From Syntrophales bacterium (GTDB lineage: Bacteria; Desulfobacterota; Syntrophia; Syntrophales; UBA4778), in the NCBI GenBank assembly GCA_041946925.1, contig JBHGBI010000005.1:4128-68127 (forward strand): a stretch of DNA of 64,000 nt, read 5' to 3'. A program made the position numbers and the translations under genes. Each line of letters starts with the position of its first letter. Position 1 is the stretch's first letter. The notes beneath the pieces are model-generated. The model was given only the letters and a program-made list of their open reading frames with translations, was not told where the DNA came from and did no database searches. This document shows, in pieces, positions 62,700-64,000 of the stretch.

Positions 62700-64000
62700 C
62701 TATTGCTTTTCAATGCTTCTGAGGAGCTCATCCATTTTTCGGAGTTCGTCTCCGTAAGCCGCCCAATTCCCCTGGCGCAAGTACTCCTGTGCTTTGCGGT
62801 AATGATTTAGAGCCTCTATCGCCGTCTGCCTGTCGGATTTCCCCTTTTCTGAAACAGGAGATCCTGCTGGCTTGCGGATTTCCTTCTCTTTTATCAAGTC
62901 TCCTCCGAATATGCGCTGAATGGCAAGTTCAAGGTTCTCTTCCATGGAAATGGAATTTCCGAATGCCAGTATGACCCTCTTCAGCTCGGGCAATTGTCCC
63001 TTTTCAGCCGCCAGATACAAAGATTCGACATAAATTATTGATTTTTCAATAGGAATTGCAAGAAGGCTTCCCCGGATCACCTGTGAGCCCCTCTGATTCC
63101 AGAGAGAAAGCTGTTTGGATATTTCCGTATCCTGATCAATCCTCGCTTCGATTTGCCGTGGTCCGTATACCAGGGTCTGTTTGGGAAAATTATAGACAAT
63201 GACTTTTCCGTAATTCGGCGCATCGCAGCGCGCTCCCATCCATGCCGACATATTATCCTTGTTGCTGGGCGTGAAAGGGATGAGAAGAATGAATTCCTCT
63301 TTTGTCTCCCCCGGGAATCTCAGGATAGTGTAATAAGGCTCTATTTCCTGCTCGCTCCCCTGGACCTGTTTTCCGGGAATGGCCCAGAGGTCCTCCTTAT
63401 TATAGAAGACCTGGGGATCCTGCATATGATACGCCCTGTACATCCTGGCTTGTATGGAGAAAATATCATGGGGATAACGGATATGCTTCTGCAGATCTTC
63501 TGGCATATCCTCGAGGTTCTTGAATATACCTGGAAATATCCCTGCATAGGTCCGCATGATCGGATCCGCGGGATCACTTATATAGAGATCGACCGTCCCG
63601 TCATAAGCGTCAACAACGGCTTTCAGCGAATTGCGCACGTAATTTCCCATGCCTTTAATCGGTTCCGAATAGGGGAACCAATCAGTTACGGTATACCCGT
63701 CCAGGATCCATACCAGTCTCCCCTGCCCCGTGATTACCAGATAGGGATCACGGTCCAGCCGTACGAAAGGAGCGATCCGGGAGACGCGGTCTTTAATCTT
63801 TCGGTAGTACATTACTCGGCTCTCGGATGTAATGTCATCGGAGAGGAGCACGGTAACCGACTTGAACCGCGCGGCAAAAAGGAGTTTCCTTAAATATGTC
63901 AGGGGCACCCCTCCCTTGCCCTCGTAACGGGAATACATGTTCTTTTCACCGACAGGATAGTCGAATTCCGGCCTCTTCGTCTTCACGAACACGTATTCAT
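62700..64000 (-). CDS. UPF0182 family membrane protein, C-terminal part; runs off the window end
   Basis: APF...D.DPY, NY.RNS.KAVVDAYDG, HIRYP, FYNKEDLW, GP.QIEARIDQD, RG.LL.IP, PELKRV. Confidence 0.92.
   Translation of the reverse strand, partial: EYVFVKTKRPEFDYPVGEKNMYSRYEGKGGVPLTYLRKLLFAARFKSVTVLLSDDITSESRVMYYRKIKDRVSRIAPFVRLDRDPYLVITGQGRLVWILDGYTVTDWFPYSEPIKGMGNYVRNSLKAVVDAYDGTVDLYISDPADPIMRTYAGIFPGIFKNLEDMPEDLQKHIRYPHDIFSIQARMYRAYHMQDPQVFYNKEDLWAIPGKQVQGSEQEIEPYYTILRFPGETKEEFILLIPFTPSNKDNMSAWMGARCDAPNYGKVIVYNFPKQTLVYGPRQIEARIDQDTEISKQLSLWNQRGSQVIRGSLLAIPIEKSIIYVESLYLAAEKGQLPELKRVILAFGNSISMEENLELAIQRIFGGDLIKEKEIRKPAGSPVSEKGKSDRQTAIEALNHYRKAQEYLRQGNWAAYGDELRKMDELLRSIEKQ

Overview
A 64-kb stretch of core chromosome from an anaerobic deltaproteobacterium. 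Gene content and style suggest a Syntrophales-like organism, which is an inference. It carries about 58 CDS, nearly all housekeeping: EF-G paralog (partial), recG, hom-apgM, iorAB, a DnaJ-class chaperone, dnaE, guaB, dtd, uppP, rdgB-rph, relA/spoT, proS, ispG, aspartate aminotransferase, coaD, rsmD, asd, pssA-psd, tsaB, rseP-dxr-cdsA-uppS, frr-pyrH-tsf-rpsB, argJ, secA, mutM, a two-subunit biotin carboxylase, purM-purN, pfk, rpmB and recJ. It also has tRNA-Pro(TGG) and an rpsB leader. I saw no CRISPR array, integrase or transposase. The most unusual signals are: (i) a strand-polarised family of degenerate heptamer arrays (GGCNRAG, often followed by their complement) in at least seven intergenic spacers; (ii) a phased triple palindrome (TGTCCGG-N5-CCGGACA) plus IHF-like and sigma54-like sites behind an orphan NtrC-family regulator, with no obvious target CDS; (iii) a signal-peptide-bearing YidD-like protein paired with a TPR/membrane protein outside the yidC context; (iv) an intact rubredoxin missing from the ORF track that starts with ATA; (v) a pyruvate-carboxylase-like carboxyltransferase with a remodelled active-site motif. 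All calls were made by eye from motifs, with no database searches.
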